Shown in pieces: positions 1 to 8,210 of a stretch of 59,428 bases of DNA (within the stretch, counting starts at the first letter, position 1; every line of letters starts with the position of its first letter). The position numbers were made by a program, and so were the translations under genes. The stretch spans positions 1 to 59,428 of the IMG/VR virus record IMGVR_UViG_3300025379_000012; one strand, written 5' to 3'. The DNA is from a virus (Duplodnaviria > Caudoviricetes). The notes beneath the pieces were generated by a model. That model did no database searches. It was not told the origin of the DNA and saw only the letters and a program-made list of their open reading frames with translations.

Positions 1-101
1 GCACTCAGGATGCCAAGGTAAAGGCTATATGCAATGCAGTCTGGACTTCGGATGTAATCTCTGCCTATCAAGCTCAAGTAGCATCACAAGCAAAGGTGTA
101 A
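1..101 (+). CDS. 3' fragment of small tail-fibre-associated protein (partial)
   Basis: Frame from nt 3 reads TQDAKVKAICNAVWTSDVISAYQAQVASQAKV*, with the stop at 99-101 just before the next ATG; truncated by the window edge. Confidence 0.6.
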   Translation, partial: TQDAKVKAICNAVWTSDVISAYQAQVASQAKV

Positions 102-102
102 T

Positions 103-1236
103 ATGTTGACCCAAGTCCAGAGCGGAATGCTCCAAACGACAGCGCAGTACTATGGCTTTAAGAACCGTATTATTAATGGTGCGATGGTTATTGACCAAAG
201 GAATAATGGTGGTAGTGTTACTGGAAATGATGTTGTTTTTCCAGTAGATAGATTTCGTTTTAATGTATCTCAATCTTCTAAGCTAACAGCACAACAAAAC
301 CAAGGAAGCGTAACACCTCCATCAGGGTTTGCAAACTATTTGGGGATTACATCTTCATCTGCATACTCTGTTTCAAGTACAGATTATTTTAATATCTGTC
401 AATTTATTGAAGGTTATAACGTAGCAGATTTTGGGTGGGGTACTGCAAATGCTAAAACTGTAACTTTATCGTTTCAAGTTTATAGTTCATTAACAGGTAC
501 TTTTGGCGGTTCAATTTTAAATGCGGCGGCAAATCGTTGTTATGTTTTTAGTTATTCTGTACCATCCGCAAACACTTGGACAACAGTTAGCATAACTATC
601 CCTGGAGATACAACAGGAACTTGGTTAACTAATAGTGGTCAAGGACTTTTATTGCTATTTGGATTGGGTGTTGGTTCTTCTGTTAGTGGGTCTGCGGGTT
701 CTTGGGGTTCGACACTTTACCGTTCAGCTACAGGAGCAACATCCGTAGTTGGTACAAACGGAGCAACCTTCTACATTACAGGCGTTCAACTAGAAGTAGG
801 AACCCAAGCAACATCTTTTGATTATCGTCCTTATGGTATTGAAATACAGTTGTGCCAAAGATACTATGAAACATCATATTATCCTGGATATGCAGTACCT
901 ACAAACGCTTGCCCAAACTATGTTAATATAAGTATAGGTAATGGTTCACAAAATTATATTGGTTCTTCAGGTGGGTCTAACTCTCAAACTGTTGGGCATA
1001 TTTTTTATAGAGTAAATAAAAGATCTCAAGCTCCATCAGTTGTTACATACAGCTATTCATCAAGTACTACTGGTGTTGCAAGTAAAGGTTGGTCAGGTAC
1101 AGATTTAGGTGCTAGTACAGCCGTAGTTAATGTTACTTCTTCTTTTGGTTTTAGTATATATAACAATTCTCTTTCAAATGCAACAACCGATGGATACAGT
1201 CTTATTATTCATTACGCCTCAAATGCGGAGCTATAA
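103..1236 (+). CDS. Tail fibre/receptor-binding protein, paralog A (conserved N domain + variable C domain)
   Basis: NRIINGAM..QR / IEG..D..WGTA / TGVQLE.G..AT.F.YR...LCQRYY shared with 56808 and 58077; S/T/G-rich beta composition. Confidence 0.7.
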   Translation: MLTQVQSGMLQTTAQYYGFKNRIINGAMVIDQRNNGGSVTGNDVVFPVDRFRFNVSQSSKLTAQQNQGSVTPPSGFANYLGITSSSAYSVSSTDYFNICQFIEGYNVADFGWGTANAKTVTLSFQVYSSLTGTFGGSILNAAANRCYVFSYSVPSANTWTTVSITIPGDTTGTWLTNSGQGLLLLFGLGVGSSVSGSAGSWGSTLYRSATGATSVVGTNGATFYITGVQLEVGTQATSFDYRPYGIEIQLCQRYYETSYYPGYAVPTNACPNYVNISIGNGSQNYIGSSGGSNSQTVGHIFYRVNKRSQAPSVVTYSYSSSTTGVASKGWSGTDLGASTAVVNVTSSFGFSIYNNSLSNATTDGYSLIIHYASNAEL

Positions 1237-1437
1237 ATGTACAAATTATTAGATCAAAATAAATTACAAAAATTTGTATGGCGTGATTCTGATGGAGCGC
1301 AAATTCCATTGCATACAGACAACACAGACTACCAACAATTTAAAAAAGACATCCAAAACGGAGTAGTCTTAAACGATGCTGAAGGTAATCCTATTACTGG
1401 ATCAGCACTAACAACATTTATGGAGACATTACCATGA
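1237..1437 (+). CDS. Small fibre-associated (assembly/chaperone-like) protein, DNTDY family
   Basis: IP..TDNTDYQ.FK.D..NGV.L.DAEGNP motif; paralogs at 57865 and 59161, each following a fibre paralog. Confidence 0.6.
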   Translation: MYKLLDQNKLQKFVWRDSDGAQIPLHTDNTDYQQFKKDIQNGVVLNDAEGNPITGSALTTFMETLP

Positions 1438-1495
1438 GCCAATCCGGATACACTCCTTTGCTGATATACGGAAGTGGTACGTCAACAAATACTCC
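1369..1495 (+). repeat. 127-bp exact direct repeat of the window end (59302-59428)
   Basis: Direct comparison: TTAAACGATGCTGAAGG...GTCAACAAATACTCC is identical at both positions. Confidence 0.97.
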
Positions 1496-1913
1496 AATCG
1501 CGGCCAATTTGACTAGCTCATCCTCTGGCTGTGAGTTAGCAATTAACTATGCCGATGGTAAATTGTTCTACAAGGATAACTCAGGTACGGTTCAAGTCTT
1601 GGCTACTAAGTCAGCAACAAGCGGTACATTCAGTCAAATTACCTCAACCGTATCCACAGGAACGCCTCCTTTTGTTGTCTCAAGCACAACCCAAGTGGCC
1701 AACCTAAACGCCGCAACCGCGGGTACTGCAATAAGCGCAACAACCGCAACAAGTGCCACAAAAATATCTAATTCAGGAGGCTGGACGGTACAAACCGGCG
1801 GTACAGCCACAGTCCTAGAATTTAGCTATAACGGTACTGTAGTGGCCTCTTTAGACTCTAGCGGTAATTTCATAGCCCTTGCTAACGTAACTGCATCAGG
1901 TACACCAGCATGA
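1434..1913 (+). CDS. Short tail fibre/adaptor protein
   Basis: ELAINYADGKLFYKD N-terminal fibre-anchor-like motif; T/S-rich; within the fibre cluster. Confidence 0.55.
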   Translation: MSQSGYTPLLIYGSGTSTNTPIAANLTSSSSGCELAINYADGKLFYKDNSGTVQVLATKSATSGTFSQITSTVSTGTPPFVVSSTTQVANLNAATAGTAISATTATSATKISNSGGWTVQTGGTATVLEFSYNGTVVASLDSSGNFIALANVTASGTPA

Positions 1914-3118
1914 CGCTACCCAGTTCTGGCGCAATATCCCTCTCAGCCGTAAATACTGAGTTTGGTGGTTCTACGCCTATTGGACTTAAGACTTATTACC
2001 GAGGCGGTGGATACGTACCCAACACGTCCAATAACAGCGGTGTAGCTACCTCTGGTGCCATCAATATGAATAGCTTTCATAGTGCCTCAGCCTTCTTAGG
2101 ATTTACTACACCAACCTCTTTATACGCTAACGGTGTTACTTACGGCGTAGATTGCAGTTCTGGCGGGGTATATTGCGTCGTAGGCGGTTACTATACCAGT
2201 GGACCCACAAACAACAATGCGGCCTTTTGGTTATCGTCAAATGGTACAACCTGGGGTGCGCCAACTACATTACTGAACTCAAGTACCAAAATACCGTTCT
2301 TATCATCTGTAGCATGGAATCAAACCCTGGGAGTATTTATTGCTGTAGGGCAAGACGGTAATAACAACGGCGTTATTTACACGATAACAACCGGCGGAAC
2401 GGCTACTTTACAGGCCACAATATCTAACTTCTTTATTAGTTGTGTGGCTGTAAATTCTTCAGGTCTTACAGTTGTTGCGGGACAGTACTCTTCGCTGATT
2501 GCGACGGTTTACTCTTCTAATGGAACTACCTGGACTTCTCCAGTAACCATAAGCGGTACAGGTAGTAGCCCGACACTATATGCATTAACTGTAAATCCAG
2601 CAGGATATTGGTCAGGCGTAGGTGCGTACTTTAACATTGGCCCAAGCGCTCAGACGCCGATTTTTATATCGTCTTCAAACGGTACGAGCTTTACTGGCGG
2701 ATCAATGGGCGTACCACCTGCAACATCTGGCGTTATTATGGCTGGAGTAGTTTGGAACGCTAAATTAAATCAGTTTGTAGCGATTGGTTCGTATGGACCT
2801 TCTTACTATTCATTATCAAATTCAACTGGATCTACTTGGGCTGTTCCGTCTTTGGCCAGTGGTACATACGGCGTAAATCTAGGCGGTAAAGGATCTAGTT
2901 GTCTTGCTATTAATGCCGCAGGATTAATGATTTCAGCGGCACAAAATGGAAGCGCTGACCAGGGTTATTTTAAGTCTACAAATGGCACAACATGGACTTA
3001 TACTTTGTTAGTCACAAGCCAAGTTAATTCTTTCTTAGCAATTGCGTGCAGTGCTAATACATCTCAACGGTATATTGCTGTTGGCGCAAACAATATCAAT
3101 TTTTCTGTTTCGACATAA
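1910..3118 (+). CDS. Putative adhesin with BNR/Asp-box-like beta-propeller
   Basis: N-term MTLPSSGAISLS resembles fibre-tip proteins; five S-S/T-N-G-T-T-W-like repeats (SSNGTTW x2, SSNGTSF, NSTGSTW, STNGTTW). Confidence 0.6.
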   Translation: MTLPSSGAISLSAVNTEFGGSTPIGLKTYYRGGGYVPNTSNNSGVATSGAINMNSFHSASAFLGFTTPTSLYANGVTYGVDCSSGGVYCVVGGYYTSGPTNNNAAFWLSSNGTTWGAPTTLLNSSTKIPFLSSVAWNQTLGVFIAVGQDGNNNGVIYTITTGGTATLQATISNFFISCVAVNSSGLTVVAGQYSSLIATVYSSNGTTWTSPVTISGTGSSPTLYALTVNPAGYWSGVGAYFNIGPSAQTPIFISSSNGTSFTGGSMGVPPATSGVIMAGVVWNAKLNQFVAIGSYGPSYYSLSNSTGSTWAVPSLASGTYGVNLGGKGSSCLAINAAGLMISAAQNGSADQGYFKSTNGTTWTYTLLVTSQVNSFLAIACSANTSQRYIAVGANNINFSVST

Positions 3119-3123
3119 TAAAA

Positions 3124-3153
3124 TGGGTCAATCCGCTACCCAATCTTAGCGGA
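3124..3153 (+). promoter_or_regulatory. Putative H-type RNA pseudoknot abutting an RBS
   Basis: TGGGT(3124-28)/ACCCA(3138-42) and TCCGCT(3132-37)/AGCGGA(3148-53) interleave; AAGGAG follows immediately. Confidence 0.55.
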
Positions 3154-3165
3154 AAGGAGAAAAAA

Positions 3166-3333
3166 ATGGAAAAACTGCAAATTTCTACAAATCTAATAAA
3201 CGGACTTTTGTCTTACTTGGGAAGCCGTCCTTACCAAGAAGTATTTCAATTGATCGAAGGAATTCAAACTGAAGCCAGAAATCAGCCAGAAAACGCGATT
3301 CAATCGCCCCCCACAGAAACTCTAGCGAGCTAA
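3166..3333 (+). CDS. 55-aa hypothetical protein (below ORF-track cutoff), paralog of 54970-55125
   Basis: Strong RBS; MEKLQISTNLINGLLSYLGSRPYQEVFQLIEGIQTEARNQPENAIQSPPTETLAS. Confidence 0.75.
   Translation: MEKLQISTNLINGLLSYLGSRPYQEVFQLIEGIQTEARNQPENAIQSPPTETLAS
3294..3308. repeat. Dispersed palindrome copy 1 (CGCGATTCAATCGCC, 1 mismatch)
   Basis: Read directly from sequence. Confidence 0.85.
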
Positions 3334-3335
3334 TC

Positions 3336-3551
3336 ATGGACGGCGTGCACGAATTAGCCACAGAAACCGACAAGAAGCTTGCAGTCCATGAGGCTGTTTG
3401 TGCACAGCGGTACACCGCGATTCAATCGCGTTTTGATGATGGTTCCAAAAGAATGAAGCGAATTGAGACTATGCTTTATATTCTCATGGCCTGCGTTCTT
3501 TTGGGTCCTGGAGTTGCCGCCCAGCTCCTGCACAAGTTTATAGGTTTCTAA
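3336..3551 (+). CDS. Small coiled-coil + C-terminal TM protein (holin/XhlA-like)
   Basis: HEAVCAQRY coiled region then a hydrophobic C-terminus; at the head of the lysis region. Confidence 0.5.
   Translation: MDGVHELATETDKKLAVHEAVCAQRYTAIQSRFDDGSKRMKRIETMLYILMACVLLGPGVAAQLLHKFIGF
3416..3430. repeat. Dispersed palindrome copy 2 (CGCGATTCAATCGCG)
   Basis: Read directly from sequence. Confidence 0.95.
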
Positions 3552-3552
3552 C

Positions 3553-4257
3553 ATTGAGTTCTTGCTTTTATTCCAAGCCGCAAATGCCGCCTTCACGGGG
3601 GTTAAAGAGTTGTGCGCGATGTACAACGAAGGCAAGGCGCTTGTAAAAGATGTCAACAAGACTATCGGAGAAGTTAAACAGATTGCAAAAGAGGTTAAGG
3701 GAATATGGGGATGGATTGGAAAGCTATTTGCGCAACCAACTCCAGATCAGGGAAATCAGAAAGTCGAAGCGCCTAAGAAAAAAGAAAAAGTAAAGTTTGA
3801 CGAGAAGGCAATATACGCAGAGATTGGTGATCAACTGGTAATATTCTTTAAAAATTTCAGAGATTGTGCAGAGGCGATAAGGGTAGAAGAAGAGAAGATT
3901 GAGAAGATTTTTGACCCAGATGGGGACACGTATGAGAGGTCTATCCGCTTGGTAATAGCTAAAACACAGCTAGAGCAGATGGGGCAGGATTTGACGGATT
4001 ACATGATCTATCATGTGCCGCCGGAGTTAAAGGATTTATATTCCCGCGTCAATCAGATGATTGGAACGGTCAAAGTTAAACAAGAGTTAGCCAGGAAAGC
4101 GGAAGTCAGAAAGAGGGCGCAACGAGAAGCGGAGGCAAGGGAAGCGGCGGATAGGGCTTGGTTTTTGAGTGCTTGCACAGTAATGGTAATCTTTGTAGCA
4201 ATATATTTGGCAGGACTGATGTGGGCAATAAATCGAGTGACACATGGGGGTATGTAA
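3553..4257 (+). CDS. Coiled-coil membrane-anchored hypothetical protein (start ATT 3553 or TTG 3562)
   Basis: 231+ aa ORF with a C-terminal TM helix; no ATG at the 5' end. Confidence 0.65.
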   Translation: MEFLLLFQAANAAFTGVKELCAMYNEGKALVKDVNKTIGEVKQIAKEVKGIWGWIGKLFAQPTPDQGNQKVEAPKKKEKVKFDEKAIYAEIGDQLVIFFKNFRDCAEAIRVEEEKIEKIFDPDGDTYERSIRLVIAKTQLEQMGQDLTDYMIYHVPPELKDLYSRVNQMIGTVKVKQELARKAEVRKRAQREAEAREAADRAWFLSACTVMVIFVAIYLAGLMWAINRVTHGGM

Positions 4258-4421
4258 TTACCATCATCATCCTAGCGCTTCTTATTGTCCTGGTGTTGCC
4301 GATTCTTGGGTTTTTGTACATGGATATACATCAAGAAAGAATTTTGATTGCTAATGATTTAAAGAGAATAGAGAAGTTAAAGAAAGAACTTGAGCGTCAA
4401 AAAGAAAAGAGGGAAGAATGA
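4221..4421 (+). CDS. Small membrane protein
   Basis: GTG start after AGGA; TM segment VITIIILALLIVLVLPILGFLY then a charged coil. Confidence 0.55.
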   Translation: MGNKSSDTWGYVITIIILALLIVLVLPILGFLYMDIHQERILIANDLKRIEKLKKELERQKEKREE

Positions 4422-4651
4422 GAGTATGCGCTTTATTGATTTTATTGTTAGCGGGGTGCGGAGATCAGTATAGATACTTTTGTCAGAACCCTGATAACTT
4501 TAGTGCCGCACAGTGCCAAAAACCGCGTTGTGAGTTTGATCAGACATGCCCAGAATATTTAATTTCACCCGTCTTGGAGAAGAAAATTGAAGGAACTATT
4601 GTTAGCCCTCCTGTCCAACAAGCAGGACCAGCCTCGACTAACTGCCGATGA
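4418..4651 (+). CDS. Cys-rich lipoprotein
   Basis: Signal peptide with lipobox LAGC; further cysteines. Confidence 0.65.
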   Translation: MRVCALLILLLAGCGDQYRYFCQNPDNFSAAQCQKPRCEFDQTCPEYLISPVLEKKIEGTIVSPPVQQAGPASTNCR

Positions 4652-5054
4652 GATAGACGTCCGAGTACGGGCGTTTGTCGTTATCATGGTGACGCTTATA
4701 TTTGCGTTCATCACCTTTGCGCTTCTCTATTCAGTTACTTTTGTAACCCAGCCGATCAAGCAAATGGCGCCAATTGACCAGGCGTACACCAAGATGCTTA
4801 ATGACATCGTTCTGCTGATTGTGGGCGGTATAGGCGGTATTTTGACTAAGGGGCTGACTAACGAGGCCACAGCCATGATGAACAACATCAAGGCGGGTAA
4901 GGATGCTTACGTGGCACCTCCACCCCCACCTATTCAAAATATCACTGTAGCGCCTGCTAATTGGACGCCTCCACCTCCACCGATGAGTCCGCCTACACTA
5001 GAGGCTGACCACGAGCGTGAGCGCATGGCGCAGGCGAGGGCTGGAAATGTTTAA
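4587..5054 (+). CDS. Putative holin (2 TM, Pro-rich tail)
   Basis: Two hydrophobic helices; directly upstream of spanin and endolysin. Confidence 0.5.
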   Translation: MKELLLALLSNKQDQPRLTADEIDVRVRAFVVIMVTLIFAFITFALLYSVTFVTQPIKQMAPIDQAYTKMLNDIVLLIVGGIGGILTKGLTNEATAMMNNIKAGKDAYVAPPPPPIQNITVAPANWTPPPPPMSPPTLEADHERERMAQARAGNV

Positions 5055-5502
5055 TCCGTGGTTAATTATTGGTGTTATTTCAACTTTTATAGGAGTGTAC
5101 TTTTATGGACATCATGCAGGCTATCAACAACGTGTGGACGAAGATCAAGCAGAAATTATCCGACTTAATGGCGAAGCTCGCGCCAAAGAAGCCGAGTTAA
5201 ACCAGAAGATCGCGATTGCGACAACAGCTTTAAGGAAGGCCAAAGATGATATTAAAACCAAGCAGTCTAGTATTGATGCTCGTGTTGACTCTGGCGAGTT
5301 GCGCCTCCCGACCAGTTGTGCCGTACAAGCCAATCCAAGTGCCCCCGCTGGAGATGGAAACAAGGGAAGCGAATCTGACAGACAGGCTATTAAAGATATT
5401 GTCGCCATCACCTCAGACGGGGACTCAGCCATCAAAGACCTCAACGCTTGTATCGCCCAGTACAACAGCGTCAGGGAAATAGTTAACAAGGGGGTCAAAT
5501 GA
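5047..5502 (+). CDS. Rz: Rz-like inner-membrane spanin
   Basis: N-terminal TM, coiled coil, ELRLP..C and C-terminal LNACI; contains an embedded lipoprotein ORF. Confidence 0.8.
   Translation: MFNPWLIIGVISTFIGVYFYGHHAGYQQRVDEDQAEIIRLNGEARAKEAELNQKIAIATTALRKAKDDIKTKQSSIDARVDSGELRLPTSCAVQANPSAPAGDGNKGSESDRQAIKDIVAITSDGDSAIKDLNACIAQYNSVREIVNKGVK
5246..5482 (+). CDS. Rz1: Rz1-like outer-membrane lipoprotein spanin, embedded in Rz
   Basis: +1 frame inside Rz, RBS AAGGAAGG, lipobox LASC, Pro-rich mature part. Confidence 0.75.
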   Translation: MILKPSSLVLMLVLTLASCASRPVVPYKPIQVPPLEMETREANLTDRLLKILSPSPQTGTQPSKTSTLVSPSTTASGK

Positions 5503-6095
5503 TCAGTGCAGAGAAACTTCATGCCCTGCAGATTGGGCCAGAATGGGTAGAGCCACTCAATGCTACCATCCAAAAGTTCAGCATTTTTACCGTCAAAGAG
5601 CAGGCCGCCTTTATCGGACAGCTTTCACACGAGTGCAACCACTTCCGTACATTGGAAGAGAATCTCAACTATAGAGCTGAAACCCTTCAAACCCTGTTCC
5701 ATACTCACTTTAAGCCAGAAGAGTATGCCCTTTTTGCCCATCAACCTCAAAAGATTGCCAACAGAATTTACGCCAATCGAGGAGGAAACAGGAATGAAGC
5801 AAGTGGGGACGGGTACTTGTACCGAGGAAGAGGGACAATTCAGCTTACCTTTCACGATAACTACTGGCACTGTGGACAAGCTCTTGGTCAGGATTTTGTG
5901 AAGAACCCAGACTTGGTTAAAACACCTATGTATGCCGCTATGAGTGGTGGATGGTTTTGGGCTACGCATGGATGCAACCAACTGGCTGAGGCTGAAGACT
6001 GGCTGAATCTAACTAAGCGCATCAACGGCGGAACATTTGGACTCGATGAAAGAATCGCTCTAACCAAACATTCCCTTGAAGTATTAGGCGGGTAG
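5499..6095 (+). CDS. Endolysin, glycoside hydrolase family 19 (chitinase-like)
   Basis: AAFIGQLSHE..., LEENLNY, YRGRGTIQLT, TKRINGG..GL.ER motifs. Confidence 0.9.
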   Translation: MISAEKLHALQIGPEWVEPLNATIQKFSIFTVKEQAAFIGQLSHECNHFRTLEENLNYRAETLQTLFHTHFKPEEYALFAHQPQKIANRIYANRGGNRNEASGDGYLYRGRGTIQLTFHDNYWHCGQALGQDFVKNPDLVKTPMYAAMSGGWFWATHGCNQLAEAEDWLNLTKRINGGTFGLDERIALTKHSLEVLGG

Positions 6096-6126
6096 TGGGA
6101 CAATAGACTAACTATAAAGGGCGCAC

Positions 6127-6774
6127 ATGGCAACGACAATTCCATCATGGGTAATGACGTACAACAGTTTGACGTCTATGGTGCTCTCTTATTTGGAACG
6201 TAGTGATCCAGCCACGATTGCCGCCATTCCTACTTTTATTACTCTTGCAGAATTTGAAATAGCTCAGGAAATCAAAACCTTGGGACAATTACAGGTGGTA
6301 ACGGCGACTATGGCCGCAGGTACACCGACTATCCAAAAGCCTGCCCGCTGGAGGAAAACAGTTTCAATGACCCTGACTAACCCAACAACTAGCCAGACTC
6401 AGCCGGTGTTGTTGCGTAAATTAGAGTACTTACAGAATTACTGGCCTAATGCTTCGCAGACGGCTACACCGGTTTATTACGCTGACAGCGATTATGAGCA
6501 CTGGTACATAGCTCCTACGCCAGACCAGGCTTATAACTTTGAAGTACTGTTCTATGAGCGTATAGCTCCTTTGAGCTCAACAAACCAAACAAACTGGCTG
6601 ACACAGTACGCGCCTAATGCGATGCTGTACGGTACGCTCTTGCAGGCTATGCTGTTCTTAAAGAATGACAACCGTGCAGTGTTCCAGCAAAAGTACACTG
6701 AAGCCATTACCGCCTTGAAGACCGAGGATGTTTCTCGTGTCGGGGATCGTCAAGCTATAGCTGTGGACTCTTAA
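6127..6774 (+). CDS. Head-tail adaptor / tail tubular protein
   Basis: [29 protein letters not shown] motifs typical of podoviral adaptors; position. Confidence 0.65.
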   Translation: MATTIPSWVMTYNSLTSMVLSYLERSDPATIAAIPTFITLAEFEIAQEIKTLGQLQVVTATMAAGTPTIQKPARWRKTVSMTLTNPTTSQTQPVLLRKLEYLQNYWPNASQTATPVYYADSDYEHWYIAPTPDQAYNFEVLFYERIAPLSSTNQTNWLTQYAPNAMLYGTLLQAMLFLKNDNRAVFQQKYTEAITALKTEDVSRVGDRQAIAVDS

Positions 6775-6776
6775 TC

Positions 6777-8210
6777 ATGACAACATACATTAATCCCTAC
6801 ACGGGTCAAACCGTTAATCAATCGCCGATTGGTTACGAATCACTGACCCTTAGTTCTACAACCCAACTACAGTGGCCAATCAACGGTAATACATCTAGCG
6901 TTGTTGCTGGAATTATTGAGGTTACTGCAACTCTAGGCGGTGGATCATTTACAGGATCTATCAGCGGTACAACTTTGACAATCAGCGCTGTAGCCTCTGG
7001 TGCAATTGCAGTTGGTTCTGTAATCACAGGAACTGGTATTACATCTGGAACAACGGTAACGGCTTTTGGAACTGGTAGCGGTGGTACTGGTAACTATACG
7101 GTCAACATTTCACAGACCGTAAGCTCAACCACGATTACAACTTCAGCCCTGCAATTACAGATGCCACCTGCAACCCAGGTATCTACTGGCCAAGCTGTAT
7201 TGGTTAGAAACGTTGGTTCAATCGCGTTTGTGGTGACTGATAACAGCGGTAACACAATATCTAGCATCGCCTCTGGGGTTGCTGATTTTATTTATTTGAC
7301 AGATAACACAACGGTTAACGGTACTTGGTCAGTCGTTGTCTTTGGTACTGGGGTGTCTCAGGCTAACGCTTCTACACTGGCTGGATACGGCCTGCTCGCC
7401 ATTGGTAGTACTCTAAACGAGTCCTATCCTCTCACAACGGTCAGTAGCGCTTATACGTTCCTACCGTCAGATCGTGCGTCCTTTTACGTATGGAACGGCG
7501 GAGCTGGTACCCTTACACTGCCTACATCATCCGTAGTTGGTAATGACTGGTTTGTGATTGTTCGTAACAGCGGAACAGGTATCTTAACAATAGCTCCAAA
7601 CGGATCTAGCTCAGATACGATCGACGGCAACTCACAGCAACAACTCCAGCTTACAGAATCTATTGTTTTAGTTTCTAACGGCTCTAACGGATACAGCACG
7701 TTTGCTTATGGTCGTTCAAATACCTTTGTATATACAAACTTGTTTGTTAATACGACAGGCGGTACAACGACTTTAACAACGTCACAAGCGGCAAACGCAA
7801 TTCAAACCTATGTCGGCACACTGACATCTAACGCAACGATTGTTCTGCCTTCTACGGTTAACCTTTATGCGCTTAAGAACAGTACGACTGGATCTTATTC
7901 TTTGACCTTTAAAACCGCGGTATCAGGCGGTGCGACACTGTCTTTAGGTCAAGGACAAACGATTATTGTGATCTGCGACGGTACAAACGTGTACAACTCA
8001 CAGACCTCTACTTCGTCCACGATTACAGCCTTGACGCTAGGTAACGGATCTGCTGGAGCTCCTTCAGTGAGCTTCTCAAGTGACGGTACAACTGGTGTTT
8101 ACTTAGTGGCCAGTGGACAACTTGGATTTGCAGTTTCGGGATCTAACGGTATGACGCTGACAACAACAGGACTCTTAGTTCCAGTAGGAATTGCCGGAGG
8201 GGCGTTCTAA
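6777..8210 (+). CDS. Tail structural/fibre-base protein
   Basis: 477-aa S/T/G-rich beta protein between adaptor and nozzle. Confidence 0.55.
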   Translation: MTTYINPYTGQTVNQSPIGYESLTLSSTTQLQWPINGNTSSVVAGIIEVTATLGGGSFTGSISGTTLTISAVASGAIAVGSVITGTGITSGTTVTAFGTGSGGTGNYTVNISQTVSSTTITTSALQLQMPPATQVSTGQAVLVRNVGSIAFVVTDNSGNTISSIASGVADFIYLTDNTTVNGTWSVVVFGTGVSQANASTLAGYGLLAIGSTLNESYPLTTVSSAYTFLPSDRASFYVWNGGAGTLTLPTSSVVGNDWFVIVRNSGTGILTIAPNGSSSDTIDGNSQQQLQLTESIVLVSNGSNGYSTFAYGRSNTFVYTNLFVNTTGGTTTLTTSQAANAIQTYVGTLTSNATIVLPSTVNLYALKNSTTGSYSLTFKTAVSGGATLSLGQGQTIIVICDGTNVYNSQTSTSSTITALTLGNGSAGAPSVSFSSDGTTGVYLVASGQLGFAVSGSNGMTLTTTGLLVPVGIAGGAF

